From NCBI GenBank assembly GCA_963746845.1, contig CAVVCZ010000002.1, forward strand, positions 96,001 to 160,000: a stretch of DNA of 64,000 nt, read 5' to 3'. The stretch is from an uncultured Chloroflexia bacterium. GTDB lineage: Bacteria > Chloroflexota > Limnocylindria > Limnocylindrales > CSP1-4. Under the pieces are notes generated by a model, which had not been told where the DNA came from, did not search any database, and was given only the letters and a program-made list of their open reading frames with translations. The position numbers were made by a program, and so were the translations under genes. Shown one piece after another: positions 30,652 to 41,921 of this stretch (its first letter is position 1; every line of letters starts with the position of its first letter).

Positions 30652-31206
30652 CTAGTTGATCGCCATGGACGCTGACGCGGAGCGAGCGACGGAGCCGATG
30701 ATCACCGCGGCAATGGGCGTGATCGGTCGATAGGTGAACGAGATCCGCACGGACACGATATCGCCGGGCTTCTTCCGGAACACGTGGCGGGCGATGCTGC
30801 CCAATTGCCGGTCGGGGGGCTGCCCGCAGCGTCGCACCGTAGATCCACGCTGGCGATGGTCCCCACGCCAGCCGTTTCGCGGTTCACGGCGTTCGTCACG
30901 TCAGTCAGGAGGTTGGCCGGCGCGTTCGGGCAGACGTGAGCTCCAGGGGTTGATGGTTGGATTGATGGCTGCCGCGGTCGCGACGCAGCTCGGGTCATCG
31001 GCGACCGTCTTCCCGATCCAGCCGGCTTCAACGGCGCCGACTCGAGCACCCTCGCGAGCAGCCTGCGACAGCACGCTGTCGGTGAAGACAAAGCGGCCAC
31101 CGTCGATGAGCCCGAACAGGATCAGCAGGAACACGGGCAGGACCAGCGCGGTCTCGACCAGCGCTTGCCCGCGCCGCGAACTGGTACGCACTCGGTCAGG
31201 GACCAT
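30652..31206 (-). CDS. tadE: TadE-like minor pilin, cassette 1 (frameshifted 30780-30920)
   Basis: RGQALVETALVLP..AAREGAR; ends VSVRISFTYRPITP..SMAIN. Confidence 0.75.
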
Positions 31207-31219
31207 CGAGGCGTCAGGT

Positions 31220-32038
31220 CTACTTGCCAAGGGTCAGTACCGGCTGACTGAAGGTGTCCGAGGACCCACTTCGAGAGACCTTGAGCGTCACGGTGTACAA
31301 GTCGCCTGCGACGGAAAATCGTGACTGGGTGATGCTCGTTCGTTCGGGCCCGGTGCTGCCGTCGCCGAAGTCCCAGAGCCACGCGGTCACTGCGCACCCG
31401 GACGGCGGAGCGGGGGTCGAAGCGTCCGAGAACACCACCGGCTTGTTCTTCTTGGATTGGCTGAAGGTGAAGTCCGCAACGATGGCGCACGGGTCCGGTG
31501 TCGGCGTCGGGGCGGGTGTCGCCGCGGGAGTCGGGGCGGGGTTGTACACGGCCGAAGTCGCGGAGGCCGTCATGGTCAGCGTTCCGAACATGCCCCCGAT
31601 GATCGGCGTCAGGAAGGTGAATGGCCGGCTGACGGCAACGGTGACCTGGTTTCCCGTCCCGCTGCTGGTTGCCACCGCGGTCGAGCAGCTGATAACGACC
31701 GGCGGGGCCGCGGTGGTCTGACAGACTGGGGGATTGACGGTCAACGCACCCTCGCCGCCCTGGGTCTGGGTATTCGCCTCCTGGCCTGCACGCGACGCGA
31801 TGCTTGCCTGCGGCACCGTGGGGTCGATTGCCACATATGCCGCGGCCTCTCGCGCGGCATTCGTGACCTCGACATATGAGAAATAGAGCCGTCCAAAGTC
31901 GATCGCAACGAGCAGCAGCAGGATCATGATCGGCAGGATCAGCGCGAACTCCGCCAGGGCCTGCCCCCTCGTGGGAGTCTCGCTGGCGCGGGGCTGACGT
32001 CGACCGGAGGATCGGCGCGTCGGTGTCGGAGAGTCCAT
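31220..32038 (-). CDS. tadE: TadE-like minor pilin with C-terminal PKD domain, cassette 1
   Basis: RGQALAEFALILP..NAAREAA; Pro/Thr linker; WLWDFGDG..YTVTLKV. Confidence 0.82.
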   Translation of the reverse strand: MDSPTPTRRSSGRRQPRASETPTRGQALAEFALILPIMILLLLVAIDFGRLYFSYVEVTNAAREAAAYVAIDPTVPQASIASRAGQEANTQTQGGEGALTVNPPVCQTTAAPPVVISCSTAVATSSGTGNQVTVAVSRPFTFLTPIIGGMFGTLTMTASATSAVYNPAPTPAATPAPTPTPDPCAIVADFTFSQSKKNKPVVFSDASTPAPPSGCAVTAWLWDFGDGSTGPERTSITQSRFSVAGDLYTVTLKVSRSGSSDTFSQPVLTLGK

Positions 32039-32102
32039 AGGTTTGCTCGTGTGCGACTTTGGTGCGGTACAGAAGAGTCCGGGGCGGATGATCGGCTGCG
32101 GA

Positions 32103-32124
32103 CCTTGCAACGAGCCTTGCAACG
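32103..32124. promoter_or_regulatory. CCTTGCAACG direct repeat (12-bp period) upstream of Tad cassette 1
   Basis: Exact copies at 32103-32112 and 32115-32124. Confidence 0.6.
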
Positions 32125-32180
32125 GCGCACCCGTGCACCGATCGGCAGGACCATCGGCGGCCCACCACTGGACCGGAGTC

Positions 32181-33711
32181 CTACTCTGCCGCTCCGCCTT
32201 CCTCCGGCGGCTCACCGGGCAGGAACACGCTGAACGCCGCGCCGCGGCCGGCCGCGGCCGGCTCGAGGACGAGGTCGCCGTCCATCGCCCGGCACAGCTC
32301 CCGCGACACGTAGAGGCCGAGCCCGCTGCCGTCGTCGGCGGTCCGCTCCGCCCCTCGCTCGAACCGCCGGAACAGCCGCGCCCGGTCCGAGTCCGTGACG
32401 CCCGCCCCGTGGTCGACGATCGTCAGCCGGATCCTGGGCTCGCCGGCGGTCGTGTCCGGCGCGATCTCGATGTCGATCGGGGACCGCTCGCCGTACTTCA
32501 CCGCGTTGTCGAGGAGCGCCCACAGGACCTGGTCGAGCTGGTCGAGATCCGCGACTGCGAGCCAGCCGTCCGACCGGTCGTCCACCGTGAACGGGACGCC
32601 GCTGACCGCGAGCGCCTCCCACGCCCGGCGCACCGGTGAGGCCAGGGCGACGACCTCGCCCCGCGGCCGGAGCGCGCCGGACTCCAGCCGGGTCACGGTC
32701 AGCAGCTGGCGGACCATCCGCGACAGCCGATCGGTCTGCTCGACGATGATCCCGAGCCGCCGGTCCGGCTGGTCGCGGGCGAGCTGATCCGCGGTCGCGC
32801 GGATGCTCGTCAGCGGGGTCTGGAGGTTGTGGCTGACCCCGCGGAGGAAGTCGTCCTTCGCGGCGTCCAGCTCGAGCAGCTGGGCGTTCTGGGACTCGAC
32901 CTGGGCGAAGAGCTGGGCATTCCGGATCGCGACCGAGATTTCGCTGGCGTACAGCTCGAGGAGGTCCTGGTCGGCCCGGTCCCACGTGCGGGTCGCCGGC
33001 AGGTGTCCCGCGAGCAGGCCGATCGCCTCCGTCCCGAGGTGGAGATCCGCCCGGACCGGCAGGGACTCGCCGGGGATCCGCACCTCCCGCGGGATCGTCG
33101 TCGGGTCGACGAGGAGGACCGACGCGTCGATCATCCCGAAGGCGGTCCGGGCGTTGCTGGCCGCGCGACCCGCGATGAACTCGGGGCCGTCGCGCGGCGA
33201 GCCGCTCTCGATGGCCTCGAGGATCCGCCCCAGCTCGCGGTTGCGTCGCTCGAGGTCCGCGGCGAGGCGGTTGTGGCACTCGGCGAGCTGCGCCAGCTCG
33301 TCCTCGCCGGGCACGATGATCGGGGTCGACAGGTCGCCGGCCGAAGTCCGCTCGACGGCTGCCGCGATCGCGCGGAGCGGGGCGGTCAGGTCCGCGGCCA
33401 GGAGGTAGGCGAGAAAGACCGCGATCATCGCCGCGAACACGAGGACCAGCAGGAGCAGCCGCCCGGCCGTGGCGGTGTCGATCTGGCCGATGAGGAAGAC
33501 GACCGCCCCGAACAGGGCCAGCGGGATGATCGCCGCGGCGATCAGCCCGGTCATCAACCGCGTCCGGAACGACGGGTTGATCCCGAGGATTCCGCCGCCC
33601 GCGGTGGTGCGTGCGTCGGGCGGGGTCGGTGTCGTCGGTGCCGACGTCCGGGAACACGAGCCCGTCGTCGCCGGGGTGGTCGGCGTCGTAGGCCCGGCCC
33701 TGGTCAGGCAT
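32181..33711 (-). CDS. Sensor histidine kinase, TM-TM-HAMP-GAF-like-HisKA-HATPase (frameshift near 33600)
   Basis: SHNLQTPLTSI, LDNAVKY, DHGAG, GSGLGL; start overlaps the response regulator stop. Confidence 0.88.
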
Positions 33712-34459
33712 CGCCGGCGTCGTCGGCGCGGGGAACCCCGGGTGGATCGTTCGTCGCGATGGCCAGCCGGTAGCCGACGCCGCGGACGGTCTGGAGGTGG
33801 ACGGGGCGGTTCGGGTCGATCTCGACCTTCTGGCGGAGCCGGCGCATCGTCACCCAGACGTAGGACGGGTCGGCGTCCTCCGTCTCGGCCCAGCCGCGTG
33901 CCAGCAGCGTCTCCGTGGTGACGGTCTGGCCGAGGTTCGCGGCCAGCGCGTACAGCAGGCGCGACTCGGTCGGGGTCAGCTGGACGATGTCCTCGCCGAC
34001 CGTGGCCTCGCGGCGGTGCAGGTCGAGGGTCAGGTTCGGCCCGAGGACGAGGCTCTGCCGGGGGACCTTGTCGCCGAGCCGGCGCAACACCCGGTTGATC
34101 CTCGCCCGCAGCTCGGGGTAGTGGTAGGGCTTCGTGACGTAGTCCTCGGCGACCTCCTCGAGGAGATCGGCCTTGGAGTCGCCGGCATCGATCGCCGACA
34201 GCACGATGATCGGCAGGTCGGCCCGGCCCTTGATCTCGCGGGCGAGGGTGAGGCCGTCCATCCGCGGCATCATCATGTCGATCACGAGGAGGTCCGGCCA
34301 GCCGCTCCGGAGTCGGCGGATCGCCTCGTCGCCGTCGCGCGCGGTCTGGATCTCGAAGCCGTCGGACCGGAGCTGGTCCGCCAGGAGGACGAGCAGGTTC
34401 GGGTCGTCGTCGACGATCAGGATCCGCGGCGCCGCGTGGCCGGATCCGCCGCTCAGCAT
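33704..34459 (-). CDS. OmpR-family response regulator
   Basis: ILIVDDD, IDMMMPRMDG, DYVTKP, LTPTE, LQTVRGVGY. Confidence 0.92.
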   Translation of the reverse strand: MLSGGSGHAAPRILIVDDDPNLLVLLADQLRSDGFEIQTARDGDEAIRRLRSGWPDLLVIDMMMPRMDGLTLAREIKGRADLPIIVLSAIDAGDSKADLLEEVAEDYVTKPYHYPELRARINRVLRRLGDKVPRQSLVLGPNLTLDLHRREATVGEDIVQLTPTESRLLYALAANLGQTVTTETLLARGWAETEDADPSYVWVTMRRLRQKVEIDPNRPVHLQTVRGVGYRLAIATNDPPGVPRADDAGDA

Positions 34460-34542
34460 CGTTCGAGGATACCGGACGGCGCATGGCGGCAACGGACCCG
34501 GACCATTGGGCCGGACCATCGTCCGGGGCCAAGGGGCCCTTT

Positions 34543-34560
34543 TTGCAATGGACGGTGCAA
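34543..34560. promoter_or_regulatory. TTGCAA-N6-GTGCAA repeat upstream of Tad cassette 2
   Basis: 12-bp period, 54 bp before GTG 34614. Confidence 0.5.
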
Positions 34561-34613
34561 GGCGCCTCCCATACGGTCGGTTCGTCAGCCCATCTGACTC
34601 GGAGAGCCAAACC

Positions 34614-35291
34614 GTGAGGCATCCCTTCCATCGATCCGGTGCGCATGCCGGGCCACCTGCACCGACCGACGGCCGATCGACGCCGTTCGGCTTCGGGCGG
34701 GCCCGCGCGCGCCGACGACGGTCGGGCCAGTCCCTCGTCGAGTTCGCGCTCGTCGTGCCGATCTTCTTCACCCTCCTGACCGGCATCATCGAGTTCTCGC
34801 TGGCCCTCAACGCCGTCCTCGCCGTGAACTTCGCGAGCCGCGACGCCGCGCTCATCGCCTCCGAGGGTGGCAACTCCGTCGGATCGGACTGCGCGATCCT
34901 CCGGACCGTCCAGGATCGCATCGGCCCGCCCGCCGACGACGACAAGATCATCGACGTCACGGTCTACCGGGCGAACACCGTCGGCCAGGCCGTCCCGGTC
35001 GGGTCCCCCGACAAGAACGTCTACGCGCGCGGCGGATCGATGGACTGCCCGTTGCCCGGCGACCCGACGTCGACGATCGCGTTCCACCTGGTCGGCTCCG
35101 CGGGCTATCTCGAGACGACCCGCTGCAACACCCTCGCGGGCTGCGGCGGCGGACGGACGCTCGACCACATCGGCGTCGAGATCCGCTACACGTACGAGTG
35201 GCACACGCCGCTCAAGGCGTTCATCGGGCTCTCGGGCAACGGCTATACCGTCGACAAGGCCAACTCGATGCGCATCGAGCCGATCCTGTGA
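34614..35291 (+). CDS. tadE: TadE-like minor pilin, cassette 2
   Basis: SGQSLVEFALVVP..NFASRDAA; ends MRIEPIL. Confidence 0.85.
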   Translation: MRHPFHRSGAHAGPPAPTDGRSTPFGFGRARARRRRSGQSLVEFALVVPIFFTLLTGIIEFSLALNAVLAVNFASRDAALIASEGGNSVGSDCAILRTVQDRIGPPADDDKIIDVTVYRANTVGQAVPVGSPDKNVYARGGSMDCPLPGDPTSTIAFHLVGSAGYLETTRCNTLAGCGGGRTLDHIGVEIRYTYEWHTPLKAFIGLSGNGYTVDKANSMRIEPIL

Positions 35292-35901
35292 TCCGCTCGC
35301 TGGCCGTTCGACCCTTTGGCGCTCGTCGTCGCCGGCGGACCCGCGGGCAGTCGCTCGTCGAGTTCGCGATCGGCGTGCCGCTGTTCCTGCTCCTCCTCCT
35401 GGGGATGGTGGAGTTCGGGTTCGTGTTCACCCACCACATCGGGCTCGAGTACGCCACGCGCGAGGGCGCCCGGATGGGCTCCGCCCTCGCCTCGGGGACC
35501 TCGCAGGTCGCCTGCACGCGACGTCGACAACAACGTCATCGCCGCGCTCCAGCGCGTCGTGACGTCGCCCGGCTCGCAGATCAAGGTCGGGAACATCAGC
35601 CAGATCCAGATCTACAGCGCGAACGCGAGCGGCAACCCGGTCGGCTCGCTGATCAACACGTGGGTCCCGGGCACGGGCCCGACGCGTCGACGGCGTCGCG
35701 CTGCTGTTCCGCAACACGAGCGTCGGTTGGCCCGCCTGCCCGGTGGGCAACCGGGACAACGGCGCGTCCCCCGACTCGATCGGGGTCAGCCTCACCTACA
35801 CCTACGACTTCGTGACCCCGCTGGGGAACTTCGTCGCCGCCTTCGGGACGAGCCACCTGACCATGACCGACAAGACGGTCATGGCACTGAATCCGAGCTG
35901 A
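35288..35901 (+). CDS. tadE: TadE-like minor pilin, cassette 2 (frameshifts near 35515 and 35685)
   Basis: RGQSLVEFA..LEYATREGAR; ends DKTVMALNPS. Confidence 0.78.
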
Positions 35902-35907
35902 GTGAGC

Positions 35908-38086
35908 ATGCCTGAGATCGCCGTCCGCACCTCGGCCCCGAGTTCGGGGCTCCGACCGCACGAAGCCGCCGCGGTCGCGCGGCCAGATCGTGGTCATGCT
36001 GGCGATGTCGATCATCGTCCTGTGCGGGATGGTGGCGCTCGTCATCGACGTCGCCTGGTACTGGTCGTCCTCGCTGCGGGTCCAGCGCGCCGCCGACGCG
36101 GCGGCCCTGGCCGGCGTGGTCTGGCTGCCCGGCAACCCGACGACGGCCTATTCCGTCGCGAATGCGGAAGCGACGAAGAACGGCTTCACGAACGGCGTGG
36201 CGGGGACGGTGATCACCACCCTGAAGGACGCCACGAACGACCGCCGCCTGAACGTCACGATCAGCACGCCGGTCGACACGTTCTTCATGCGCGTGTTCGG
36301 CATCACCTCGATCCCCGCCGTCCGCTCGTCGAAGGCGGAGTTCGTCCTGCCCGTGCCGATGGGCAGCCCGCAGAACTACTACGGCGTCGGGTTCTACGAG
36401 GGTCTGACCGGCGGTGCGAACCAGACGACGGGCCCGAACCTGCCCACGTCGAGCCTCAGCAGCGGATCGTTCGCCCAGTGGGCGAGCCGGACCAACGGCT
36501 ACACGAGCAACAACCAGTACGCCACCGGGACGGTCGGCCAGGGAACGGCCGGTCAGACCCAGGCCTACGGGACGTTCGGCCTGAACGTGCCCGGGACGAA
36601 CACGATCAGCGGCATCGAGATCCACATCGAGGCCAAGGCGAGCGACCCCGCGGGGTGCAAGCTCGCCGTCGAGCTCTCGAAGGACAACGGGACGACGTGG
36701 ACGTCGACGAACAAGATGATCGACCTGACCGGCAGTGACCCGGCATCGCCCTGGCCGCTCCTCGGTGGCTCGAGCGACCTGTGGGGCACGACCTGGACGG
36801 CGCCCGACTTCGCCGACGGCAAGTTCCTCGTCCGTCTCCGGGCCTTCGACCCGGAGGCGACGAACGACGCCGCGAACAGCAACGCAGCCGCCTGCAACAA
36901 CACCGCGATCGTGTCGACCGACGCCCTGAACGTGACCGTCTACACGAAGACGGCGCGCGTCAAGACGCTCCTCAACGTCAACGACCCGCTCAGCGGCACC
37001 CCGCTGACGCCGCAGAACATCTGGGGCGCGGCGTTCACATCGGGCGGCACCCGCGAGAACGGCGACGAGTTCGACCCGATGTACCTCGGCAACGGTGCCG
37101 GCGGGGCGAAGGGCGACCCGAACCCCAACTACGATCCCGACGGCGTCGACTACACGGTCGAGTTCAGCGGGGGCGCGAGCGGCGGCCAGGTCCAGCTCTT
37201 CGACCCGATGTTCTGCGCGACCGGCGACAACGGCCACGGCGGCTCGTACGGCGCCGGCGACCACTGGACCGACCATGCGCCGTCCCAGGTCACCGCGCCC
37301 GTCGCGGTCACCTACCGCCTGTACGACATGCACGGCACGCCGCTCGACAACAGCGACGACGGCGCCCCGATCGCGACCCTGAACTACGACCCGGGCACGA
37401 AGACCATGGGCGACTTCAGCGGCGACTTCGGGACGCCGGCCAACTCGACCGACCCCAACGGCCAGGACTGCTCGACCAACCCGGCCCACAACCACTGGGT
37501 GGCGCTCGCCTCGGGTCTCGCCCAGGGCATGTACCGGGTCAACGTCAACACGACCGTCGACGCGGGCAATGCGAACGTCGGCGCCGAGAACCTGTACTCG
37601 ATCTACGTCAACGCGACCGGCGGCAAGGCCCGCGTCTACGGTGGCGGGCGGATGGTGGCCTACGCGAACATGGACGCCGCGACGAGCACGTTCTACTTCG
37701 CCCAGATCGAGAAGGTCCACGCCGGCAAGACGATGGTCATCTCGATCTTCGACCCGGGCGAGTCGTCCGGCGACGCGTTCCTCCGGATCAAGAGCCCGGA
37801 CAACAACACCTACACCAACGTCAACTTCACGTGGGCCGCCGATGACGGCCGAACCGGCTCGGGCACCCAGATCCAGACCTCGGTCGGCGGGGCGGCCCAG
37901 TTCAACAACCACCTCGTGACGATCTCGATCCCGCTGCCGGCGACGTACGGCTCGGTCGGCCTGACGCCACCGGGCGAGACGGAGCCCGGCTGGTGGAAGA
38001 TCGAGTACCAGATGAACGGCGCCAACGACACGACGACGTGGGGCGTCAACATCAACGGCAACCCGGTCCACCTGATCATCCCCTGA
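35908..38086 (+). CDS. tadG: Large TadG-like tip adhesin, cassette 2 (frameshift near 35960)
   Basis: RGQIVVML TM, VIDVAW..VQRAADAAALAG, long beta-rich T/N/G domain; ends GNPVHLIIP. Confidence 0.83.
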
Positions 38087-38116
38087 CCGATCCGCGATCG
38101 GGCACCGCGGAATCAA

Positions 38117-38145
38117 GAGGCTGACCGGCGATGCCGGTCAGCCTC
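38117..38145. terminator. Hairpin between the convergent Tad cassettes
   Basis: GAGGCTGACCGGC-gat-GCCGGTCAGCCTC 13-bp stem; followed by gttcgttc on + and ttgatt on -. Confidence 0.75.
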
Positions 38146-38176
38146 GTTCGTTCGTGACGGAAGACGATCCCGCGGA

Positions 38177-38287
38177 TCAGCTGACGTCCGGCGGTTGGCC
38201 GTACAGGTAGATGAACGTCGCCAGGGCCGCGGCGAAGATCACGACCAGGACCGTCATCACGATGACGGCGATCAGCGGGCGACTCAT
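38177..38287 (-). CDS. 36-aa single-TM peptide
   Basis: MSRPLIAVIVMTVLVVIFAAALATFIYLYGQPPDVS; GC3-rich codons; too short for the ORF track. Confidence 0.55.
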   Translation of the reverse strand: MSRPLIAVIVMTVLVVIFAAALATFIYLYGQPPDVS

Positions 38288-38312
38288 CGTTGCCAAGGTC
38301 AGCGCGTCCCGC

Positions 38313-40676
38313 TCACCCGGTCACGAGGTGGACGGGGTTGCCCCGGATGTTGACGGACCAGGTCGTCAGGTCGGTCGAGGGGTTGTCGTTGGAGTTCCCA
38401 CCCATCGAGTACTGGATCTTCCACCAGCCCCCTTCGGCCTCACCGGTCGGCTTCGGCGCCTTGTACAGGTTGTCGATCTTGATGCACAGCCGGAGCCAGT
38501 AGCCGTTGTACAGGCCGCCGTTGCCGTTGCTCGTCTGGATGGTCTGGGTCGGCGTTGCTCGAGTTCTGGTCGCAGACGAAGGTGGACGGGATCGTGGTGC
38601 CCTGGATCGACTTGTAGTAGAAGGTCGCCTTCTGGTAGCCGCTCGTGCGGTCGGCATCAGGATCGACAGGTCGGCGGGCAGCTGGCCCGTGTCGCCCGGG
38701 TCCCACAGGTCGATGTCCATCCACTTGCCGGCGTACTCCTTGTCGATCTGGGCGAGATAGAACGTCGACGTCTGGTCGGCCGGCAGCGGGAAGTACGCCT
38801 CCATCGAACCGAGGCCGTGGACCCGCGGCGTGCCACCGGAGGCCTTCGTCCAGAGCGCGAACGCGTTCAGCCCGGTGCTGTCGCTCTGGTCGTCGCCGCC
38901 ACTCTGCGACTCCGACGTCGTGTGGACGCGATAGGTCCCCGGCACCGAGGCCGCCGGCAAGCTGCCACCACCCCGACTGCGTGCCCCCGGGCGTCTTGTG
39001 CCAGCTCGCGTTGGCGCAGGACGCCGGTGAGCCGGTGTAGCCGTTGCTGTTGTCGCCGTCGAGGTTCGGGTCGTAGAGATAGCTGCGGGTGAACGTGGTG
39101 CCGGACGTAGCGACCATCGTGTCGTCGGACCGGTCGTAGAGCGTGTCCTTGGTGTTCCACAGCTCGTACAGGGCCGACACCGGGTGCTTGCTGGATGCGC
39201 CGTTCGAGCCGCCCACGGTCCAGTACTCGCCGGTGCCCTCCCCGAATCGACGTCACAGAAGCCCGGGTCGAAGATCCAGACCTCGCCAAGCGACGCACCG
39301 TTCGGGATGTCGACTTCGTAGTTGTAGTAGTTGTCGGGGTCATAGGCGGGGTTCGTCGCCGACTTGCGGGTCGCGTAGCCGGTCATGAAGGCGTCGCCCT
39401 GGATCGACGGTGAGCCGTAGCTGTTCATCGCGCCCCAGAAGAGCTGCGGGGCGAGGACGGTGCCGTCCGGCGCCTTGACCGGCTGAGGCGACGGCGGGTT
39501 CTCGTGACGGTCGTCGTCGTCCTCGTGTAGTTCACCTGGGCCTGGAGGCGTCGAGCGCGACCCCACGGTCCACGCCGTTGTTGCCGGTGGACCCGCAGCC
39601 GGTGCCCTCGACCCAGCGCAGCCGGACCTCGAAGATCGTGGTCGTCGAAGTCGTTGTACGTCCAGGATGGCCGCGAACGCTGCGATGTCCGCTACGTCGA
39701 CGGACGACGAGCGTCTGGTCGGTGGTGCTCGTGATCGGGACGATGATCGGATTCAGCCAATGCGCCTGCGACGGCACGGCGCCGCCGCCCCAGAGGACCT
39801 GGATCTCGACCTGAGCAGTTCGTCTTCGCGTTCTGGGTGTTGGTCGGCGTGAGGTGGATGTCGCGGAGCCGGACCTCGACCTGGGTGATCTGGATCTGGC
39901 GTCGTCGTGGTGACGTTGCCGTTCGTGGTCGTGCCGGGTGTCGGGATGTTCGAGCTGCCCTGGAGGCCGAAGTCGCGCCAGATCTGCAGTGTCGCCGTTG
40001 GTGTTCTCGATGCGCGTACTGCGGGTTGTCGTTCTCGTCGTTCTCGGCGCGACGTCGGGGCTCGTCCCAGGTCTGCGAATCCGGCAGGTTGCCCTGGTTG
40101 TTGCCGTTCCGGGTGATGCGTGTCGTTCGGCCGCTCGAAGCCCGTGTTGCCCGGACCGGCTGGCCCGTGTGGTCGTCGTGAACGTCGGGCACGTTGTACA
40201 GGCCGACGCCGTAGTAGTTCTGCGGGCTGCCCATCGGAACCGGGAGGTTGTACTCCGCGTCCGACTGCCGGCTCACCATCACCGTCGGGAAGCCGACGAG
40301 CCGCATGAAGAACGTCTGGACCGGCGCCGTGATGAGGACGTGCATCCGGTGCAGGTTCTGGGGATCCTGGTTCGGCGCCACGACCGTCGTGCCGCCCGGG
40401 ACGTAGCCGTTCTTCTTGGCCTCCGCGAGGGCCAGACCGATCGCCCTTGCCGGGGTCGTTCGGGAGGGTCACGGCGCCCGCCAGGGCCGCGGCGTCCGCG
40501 GCGCGCTGGACCCGCAGGGCGTTCGACCACAGCCAGCTCACGTCGATGACGATCGCGACCATCAGGAGGAGGAGCGTGATCGCGCTCGCGAAGATGACCA
40601 GGACCTGACCGCGCGGGCGCTTCCGGCCCGCGAGCGTCCTGGCGGGACCGGGCTGGGTCAGGGACACGCTGTTCAA
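38313..40676 (-). CDS. tadG: Large TadG-like tip adhesin, cassette 3, many frameshifts (error or pseudogene)
   Basis: RGQVLVIFA..VQRAADAAALAG; PVPMGSPQNYYGVG; GWWKIQY; GNPVHLVTG, spread over several frames. Confidence 0.75.
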
Positions 40677-40702
40677 GGGACACCGGACGCTCCTCCATCC
40701 GA

Positions 40703-41328
40703 TCAGGGGTTCAGGGCCATGATGGTCCGATCCGAGATCGTGATCTGGGTACCCGCGCTGTTGAGGAGCACGCCGAGGGGCGTGATGCTCTTGTAGGTGT
40801 AGGTCAGGGAGATCCCGATCGAGTCCGCGGCCGGAACCTTGACGCCGGTTGCACGCGCTCCAGCGGTCCCGCCGGTCTGCTTCCAGAGCAGCTTCGTTCC
40901 GTCGACGTGTCGCCGCTGGCGCTCGGGACCCAGCTGTTGAACGAGGTCCCGACCTGGTTGCCGTTGGTGTCCGCCTTGTAGATCCGGATCTCGGAGACCT
41001 GGCCGGGCGGCACCTGCGACCCGGGCGACGTCAGGACGCGCTGGACCGCGGCGATGATCTGCCAGTCGATGGGCTCGACGCCGTTGATCACGGCGCCGCC
41101 GCACGGCGGGATCGGACCACTGCCGAGGGCGGCCCCGACCCGCGCCCCCTCGCGCGTCGCGTACTCGAGGGTCAGGTGGTGCGAGAACACGAACCCGAAC
41201 TCGAGCATGGCGAAGAGCAGGATCATGAACGCCGGGACGAGGATCGCGAACTCGACCACGCCCTGACCGCGCCGGCGGCTCCGCGCGTCGTCCGCTCCGG
41301 GCGCGGCGAGGGCCCACGGCCGGGTCAC
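40703..41328 (-). CDS. tadE: TadE-like minor pilin, cassette 3 (frameshifts 40850-40910)
   Basis: RGQGVVEFA..LEYATREGAR; ends DRTIMALNP. Confidence 0.78.
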
Positions 41329-41921
41329 AGGATGGGCTCCATCCGCATGACGTTGCCCTTGACCAGGGTCGACGTCCCGTTCGTCGTGAAGAACCCGCCG
41401 ATCGGGGTGCGCGACTTGTAGAGGTAGGTGACCTCGACCCCGATCTGGTCGATGTTGGTCCGCGTGGCGCCGAGGTTCAGACAGCCGGCGAGGATGTTGC
41501 AGCGGTTGGCCGGAGGATAGGCCTGCTGCCCGTTCACCGGCGAGTACGGGACCGTGATCGTGGTCCCGCCGGGCTGCTGGCAGGTCTTCGCGCCGCCGCG
41601 GGTGAAGATCGACGATTCGAGAGCGTTGCCGGCCTTGTCGGACCGGAAGATCCGGACCTGGGTCACCTGCGCCCGGTCCGCCGGGGCAGTGATGCTCGTC
41701 TCGACCGCAGCGAGGATCAGGCAGTCCGCGTCGCCCTCGTCACCGGCCTCGGCCGCGACGAGCGACGCCTCGCGGCTGGCGAAGTTGATGGCCAGCACCG
41801 CGTTCAGGACCATCGCGAACTCGACCACTGCGGTCAGCAGCAGGATGAAGATCGGGATGACGAGCGCGAACTCGACGAGTGCCTGACCCTTGCGTTCAGG
41901 CTTCCGCCGACGAACCAACAA
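41325..41921 (-). CDS. tadE: TadE-like minor pilin, cassette 3
   Basis: KGQALVEFALVIP..NFASREAS; ends MRMEPIL; GAGGGG RBS then TTG. Confidence 0.85.
   Translation of the reverse strand: MLVRRRKPERKGQALVEFALVIPIFILLLTAVVEFAMVLNAVLAINFASREASLVAAEAGDEGDADCLILAAVETSITAPADRAQVTQVRIFRSDKAGNALESSIFTRGGAKTCQQPGGTTITVPYSPVNGQQAYPPANRCNILAGCLNLGATRTNIDQIGVEVTYLYKSRTPIGGFFTTNGTSTLVKGNVMRMEPIL

Noticed and set aside
32181-35204. 1007-aa kinase ORF; likewise the 844-aa CCA and 838-aa MOSC ORFs
   Set aside because: N-terminal extensions are read-through over neighbouring genes
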